Origin: Amoebidium appalachense
Lineage: Eukaryota > Protista > Ichthyosporea
DNA: 64,000 bases
NCBI GenBank assembly: GCA_963693365.1
Contig: CAVNZM010000002.1
Span: 5,286,259-5,350,258, forward strand
Direction: 5' to 3'
Shown: positions 53,792 through 64,000 of the stretch, piece by piece
How the letters are laid out: every line of letters starts with the position of its first letter
Position numbering within the stretch: the first letter of the stretch is position 1
Notes under the pieces: generated by a model
What the model saw: only the letters and a program-made list of their open reading frames with translations
Databases searched by the model: none
Told to the model about the DNA's origin: nothing
Position numbers and translations under genes: made by a program

Positions 53792-54478
53792 TCACGAACT
53801 GCACAAAAACGGATCTGCATTTTGCGCCGCCTTTGGATATCCTCCACAGTAGGCATACCCGGCAACTGTGGGATAGTAAGCGCGCGTAACTCGCGGGAAG
53901 TATTCACCTTCAACGTGCACGGGTATGATCACGTGCAGCATCAGAGATATGCTCAGCCAGAGGGGGGGTGGGGGTGGGGTTGGCGTGGCATGCGCACCCT
54001 CCCCCGGTCCACCCTTAACCCCTGACATGCGCTTGCGCTTCTGCGTGCGCGCCGCTGACGCGGGTTTGTGGGTGGGTGCATCAGCACCACCGTCCGCACG
54101 TGCCCGCCCACGCGTCACCACGAGCGCAGGAAACATAACGGTGTCTGGCACAAAATCACTGTGGTCATCTCCGTGCACACACCCGTTCAGCGAAGGAAAA
54201 GTCAGATCTGGATCATCTTCGCTGGGCACCAAATTCGCGCTGGAAGGCCGTGAAATGCCGTCTGCATTGCTGTGGTCCTTCCCGGCTCGGTGGTGGATGT
54301 CATAGGTGTATGCAGACAGGGCCATCTGCCAACCAGCAACAATGGGCTCGGGGGCATCACCATTACCATATATGGAAGTCAGCAAAGAATGGTCTGTGCG
54401 CAAAATAAATGGCTTCCCGTAGGTATACTGATGAAAGGCTTTGCACACAGCCCAATAGATGCCCAGCGCACGTTTCAT
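53792..54478 (-). pseudogene. Ty3/Gypsy pol fragment: RNase H C-terminal half and linker (inverted relative to the integrase)
   Basis: ALGIYWAVCKAFHQYTYGKPFILRTDHSLL...WQMALSAYTYDIHHRAGKDHSNADGISR, followed by AAQNADPFL (the pre-integrase Q..DP motif). Confidence 0.9.
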
Positions 54479-54479
54479 C

Positions 54480-55134
54480 GCATCTGGTCTTCATTTTGGT
54501 GGTGGGGATGTGACATCAGGTCGTGCGGTATGTGAATTCGTGCGATAGGTGCCAGCGGCGCAAAACGCCACGCTTGCAGGGCCGCTTGCCCGTGCAGCGC
54601 GGTTTCGCACCGCAGTAACCCTTTCAGTATGTGGCCATGGATGTGACCGTCTTGCCACCATCGAAGAGCGGGAAGCAGTATATCCTTGTGTTCATAGACA
54701 TGTTCACACGGTGGGCTGAGTTGGTGCTGTTCGATCATCCACCCACCTCAGTGGATATCGCTAATGCTTTCCACGAATATGTTTTCGTGCGACACGGACC
54801 ACCCGAGTTTGTGCTGTCGGATAATGGGTCAAATATTTCTGCGCAGCTGGTTAAGGACGTGTTAAACCTTCTAACTAGTCGCCAGATCCTCGCATCACCC
54901 TACTCCCCCCAGACAAGTGGGTTGGTTGAACGGTTCAATCGCACTCTTAAGAGTATTCTTGCGCAAGTGGCTACAGATAAGCTAACCGAGTGGGACACGT
55001 TTTTGCCCCAGGTGCTGTTTGCCTACCACACGGCTATGCACTCCGCACTGGGCGACAGTCCTTTCTTCCTTTTGTATAGCAGGGACCCCCGTGACCCCTT
55101 TGTGGAGAAACTGGGCCCCGAGTACAGCAGTGCC
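54480..55134 (+). pseudogene. Ty3/Gypsy integrase fragment (end of the zinc finger plus DDE core)
   Basis: VVRYVNSCDRCQRRK, PFQYVAMDVT, ILVFIDMFTRWAE, HGPPEFVLSDNGS, SPYSPQTSGLVERFNRTLK, WDTFLPQVLFAYHT...SPFFLLY. It contains stops and a frameshift, and the C-terminus is deleted. Confidence 0.93.
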
Positions 55135-55979
55135 ATCGGAGTTGTTCTCGACACATGAAAGATATCAAACAACAACTGATCCTTTATTGTGCTCTCGTTT
55201 CTTTTTGTACTTGCGACTTATCATCTTATCTCAACTAAAGGGGAAGAACCAATCGGTTCTATCAGACGATAGAAAAACACATTCCGACAGAGCATACGCA
55301 TTGAATTTCCAACTTCCGACCTAACTAAAGCTTATAAACTCTTACTTAAATAACTTAAGTAATTATATATCATGTCACTATTAATGCACATATATATTTA
55401 TACTCGTCTCTATAAAGAAACTCATTTAAATACATATATTTCCTAATAGTCGACACTCTCAAAGTGAAGACACATTACGATAAACGAATTCCATATATCT
55501 ATTGTCCAATTATAACACGTATATTAATAGACAGGAATGCACAACACGATCTATAGATGTACTCCCTCGCAACTATTGGCGAGTCATCTTATTGTGAACT
55601 AAAACGAAACCTCTTTGAAATAAAACAAAAGACAACGAATGTAGCTAGCCAATCACGCTACCTCTCAGATAAACAGAGGAGAGCAAACACAAATAAAATA
55701 CAATAAGTTCTATCAGGCAAGAGAGCCAGATGTGCACAGATCTACAGATATCTGTGCACACAGAAACATGGGGGAGAGAGAGAGATACGAGGGGGGGGGG
55801 GGGGGGGGGGGGGAGAGAGACAGAGAGAGAGGGAAGAGAGAGAGAAAGAGAAGAGAGAAAAGGGAGAGACGGGAGAGAGCACAAGGAAGGAAAGCAGACA
55901 CGAATACAAACAAAGCTTAGCCTAAGACACATACATACTTCAAGACTCTTGCTGTCCTACGTAGTGACGTATTCCAACA
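55135..55979 (+). mobile_element. LTR copy lacking its first ~80 bp, fused directly to the integrase core
   Basis: Aligns to ~50644-51483 from ATCGGAGTTGTTC onward and ends ...GACGTATTCCAACA. Confidence 0.9.
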
Positions 55980-57181
55980 AACATGGACCCCACCACACCC
56001 CCTCGACGTAAGCTAAAGTTCCCCCACATAGTGGAATGGGCTCACGTACGAGACCAACTCTCCCTACGGCAACCAGGCTCTGTACAGGTATCGTGAGTGA
56101 AGGGGCACCAATCCAACACCAAACGGTACGGTCAACGGAATAACGAGGCAGACAGGGTAGCCAATGCAGGAAGAGCCCTCCCCCTCCCCCCCCCCCCCCC
56201 CCCCCCGCCCCCGGGGGGGGGGGGGGGGGGGATACCTTTTACGACTACAAGGCCACCGTATCCCCGGCAACATTCCCGTACACTGAACCGGTTGAACAAG
56301 GACTTCCTCACCGACATGGCCGGCAAGACCAAGGCTATGTCCATACTAGCCGACCCCAGACTGCTCCCAGCCGAACGGAACCCCCTCAAGCTCAACAAGG
56401 GGCCCGCACAGGCAACCATCGGGGCAGTCAGAGGCAACACTCGTAGCCTGTCCCTGGCTATGGGCACCCTGCCTACCATGACACGGCAACACCGAGATCA
56501 CCCCACAACGTCGTTACACAGCCCACATGCCCCCGGTGCAGCCAGCACCCGGAGACCACCACCCACCTCTGGGCCTGCCCGGCCCATGCCGGGGAGGTCC
56601 CCACCCTGACCACGGCCATCACAGCCTGCATCCACAACGTGCTGTACACTCGTCACCCAAACAACCCCACGGCACAGCACCAACATACGGCAGCCACGGT
56701 GGTAGACCAATGTGCATGGTATAAAATGGATAGGAGGCAACGGTGACCCACCAGACCCCGAAGACATCAAGTGGGTCGAACGGGGATTCTGCCCACGATC
56801 GGTGGGCCCACTACTAGCAGCCACCGGCACCACCAAGACCACCACCCGGGCCATCTTAGGAAAAATCACAGTAGAGTTGCAGTCCTTTTTCTTTTCAAAA
56901 ATTTGGCACCCACGGAACACAACACTCCCCACCACCCACCCCAAAATGCAAAAACACCACCATATACCCACCACCCGTAGAAAGAAAAGTACGGCTCCCC
57001 AAAAACCCAAGACACACACAAATACACCCCCCACACACACCCGGCCAGCCTGTTCTGACTGCCGGAACACACACAGACCCAGTGTGCCCTGTAAAACCCA
57101 CCTTATAGTTCACAAAAACATCGCCACAACATACGTACAACAACACATAATGTTAGGCAGCGCCCCACCACCACCACCACC

Positions 57182-57306
57182 TGTTGGAATACGTCACTAC
57201 GTAGTACAGCAAGAGTCTTGAAGTATGTGACTGTGTGTGTCTTAGCCTTGTTTGTATTTGTGTCTGCTCTTCTTCTTTGTGCTCTCCCCCTTCTCCTCCT
57301 TTTGCT

Positions 57307-57380
<74 letters not shown>

Positions 57381-58090
57381 TATCCCTCCTCCCTTGTTTC
57401 TGTGTGCACGGATATCTGTAGATCTGTGCACACCTGGCTCCCTTGCCTGATAGGACTTATTGCATTTAATCTGTGTTTGCTCTCCTCTGTTTTTCTGAGA
57501 GTAGTGTGATTGGCTTATTCGTTGTCTTTGTTTTAGTTCAAAGTAGGATTGGCACCAATAGACACGAGTGAGTACATCTATAGATCGTGATGTGCATTCC
57601 TGTCTATTAATATACGTGTTATGATTGGACACATTATGTAGATATGTTTGAAATTCGTTTTTATCGTGATGTGTCTTTACTTTGAGAGTGTCGACTGTTA
57701 GGAAGTATATGTATTTATATGGGTTTCTTTATAGAGACGAGTATACTGAAATGTATATGTGTATTAATAGTGACAAGTTGTATAATTTACTGTACTTAAG
57801 TTATATAAGTAAGAGTTCTAAGCTTTAGTTGTGTCGGAAGTTGGAATGCGTATGCTCTGTTGGAATGTATTTTTCTATCATCTGAAAGAACCGATTTGTT
57901 CTCTTCTTTTAGTTGAGATAAGATGATAAATGGCCAGTACAAAAAGGCCCGAGAGCACAATAAAAGTCGGTTGTTGTTGAATTCTTTCAAGTGTCGTGAA
58001 CAACTCCGATTGCCCTCTCTTTATTGTGTTGGTCGTGTTTTACATGACACCTCTGTGCACTCTGCTCCCTTAAACCCATACAATACAACA
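57182..58090 (-). mobile_element. Solo LTR (909 bp), inverted and more diverged copy
   Basis: Termini are TGTTG...CAACA with a 5-bp TSD CCACC on both sides (57177-57181, 58091-58095). It is the reverse complement of 50564-51483. Confidence 0.92.
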
Positions 58091-59026
58091 CCACCACACC
58101 CCATCATCCACCCATACCCGGCGGTGTAAATACAATATACAACACTTAGGACTTCACAATACTGTAGATCGACCAATGAGAGCCCTCGGTTAACGTTTAT
58201 TGCTAGGTTTTGAATGGAGGGGACGACTGGAGCCTCCTGCCGGCGTGGCTGGGGTAGTAGCCCTGGGCAAAGTGTGTACTTATAGTTAGGTTGTGAAGGA
58301 TGTTTTAGCTTAGCTGAAATCATAGATAGCACCTTAACTAGTGTACTGTCGGTGCTGTTTGGTAGACGGTAGTTTCCCTAGAGGGCCTGAAAAGGCCCTC
58401 CGGGAACAAAACGTGATAAAAAATAAATAAGATTTGTTTAGGATTTAGCATGGTTTGGCCAGCCAAACAACATTGATTTGCAAGTCACCCCCTCCCCCTC
58501 CCCCCCCTCCCCCCCCCCCCCCCCCCCCCCCCCCCCCGCCCCGCCCCCTCCCTCCCCGCACCACTCGGTGGTTCCCTCTCCAGATTTCGTCATTCCCCTG
58601 TCCCGCCCCTCCCCCCCAACCTCTTTTGGACCACTACCTACCCCTTCCCTCACCCAGAGATCCTCTTTTCTCCCTCCCTGAGAAGATCGGCCCTCCCAAG
58701 GTTTCCCTATGCCTCATACCCCCACCACATCCCCTCTGTCCCGAATCCCCATTCAATCCCTTCCCCTGCCTTCCCCCCCCTTCCCCCCCCCCCCCCTCCC
58801 CCCCCCTCCCCCCCCCCCCCCTCTCCCTCCCAGCATTCAGTTGCCCTCTTCCTCACTTCCCCGGCCCCGTTCTTTCCCCCAGGCTCTCCACCCCCCTCCC
58901 CTCGTCCCTTCCCCCCATACACATCCCTCCCCCTACACCCCTCCCCCAAAGAATCTACGTCCAGGACAGTGTTTTCAAACCGTGATCAGAGCATTGGATT
59001 TTAATTTGTGGAGATAGTAAAAATAG

Positions 59027-59065
<39 letters not shown>

Positions 59066-59165
59066 ACCACCACCACCACCACCACACACATACACACACA
59101 CACACACACGGAAAAAAAAAAAAAAGGAAAATAAACCGCGAAAAAAATATGCCGTGGCCCTCTGG

Positions 59166-64000
<4,835 letters not shown>

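Larger units (their letters stand above)
51830..58430 (+). mobile_element. Decayed non-LTR retrotransposon (RT - RNase H - CCHC) interrupted by two LTR-family insertions
   Basis: Frameshifted RT at 52350-53742 (KAPGP, TRPIALLETARK, QQDIKRAYDTV, GLAQGAVLSRILWIIFYDP, AFADDTTW, RVLGV). RNase H end VKGH...NNEADRVANAG at ~56097-56170. CPRCSQHPETTTHLWAC at 56528-56578. The ORF resumes after the solo LTR to TAA 58129, and there is an A-rich end at ~58417-58429. The 5' boundary is approximate. Confidence 0.87.

Noticed and set aside
50564-55979. A single full-length LTR retrotransposon containing a LINE-type RT
   Set aside because: The left LTR has its own matching TSD (CCTTT), so it is a solo LTR. 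The LINE continues beyond the right LTR, and there is no gag or protease.
50564-58090. Polinton/Maverick-like element with long terminal inverted repeats and an integrase
   Set aside because: Each inverted copy has a separate 5-bp TSD, the integrase is Gypsy-type, and there is no pPolB, ATPase or capsid gene.

Overview
Eukaryotic, intron-rich genomic DNA saturated with (CA/TG)n, (GA/TC)n and poly(C/G) tracts. Most ORFs in the supplied track are translations of these repeats and are not genes. The lineage cannot be fixed from sequence alone; a unicellular opisthokont is my inference. By joining GT/GC-AG exons in phase by eye I reconstructed six genes: a partial exostosin/GT47 glycosyltransferase (-), an intronless GATA factor (+), a 19-exon uncharacterised internal-repeat protein of about 730 aa (-), a 7-exon SNIP1/Pml1 FHA splicing factor (-), a 2-exon C2H2 factor (+) and a partial multi-exon gene at the right edge (-). 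Mobile DNA comprises a 5'-truncated poly(A)-tailed LINE, a decayed RT-RNaseH-CCHC LINE with a rearranged Ty3/Gypsy fragment and a solo LTR nested in it, another solo LTR, and a 3-copy short interspersed repeat. The most unusual signals concern splicing. First, simple repeats are polarised at intron ends: poly(C) just after donors, and (CA)n running directly into acceptor AGs. Second, the SNIP1 gene carries tandem arrays of duplicated, out-of-frame AG|GT acceptor sites. All gene models are manual and lack transcript support.
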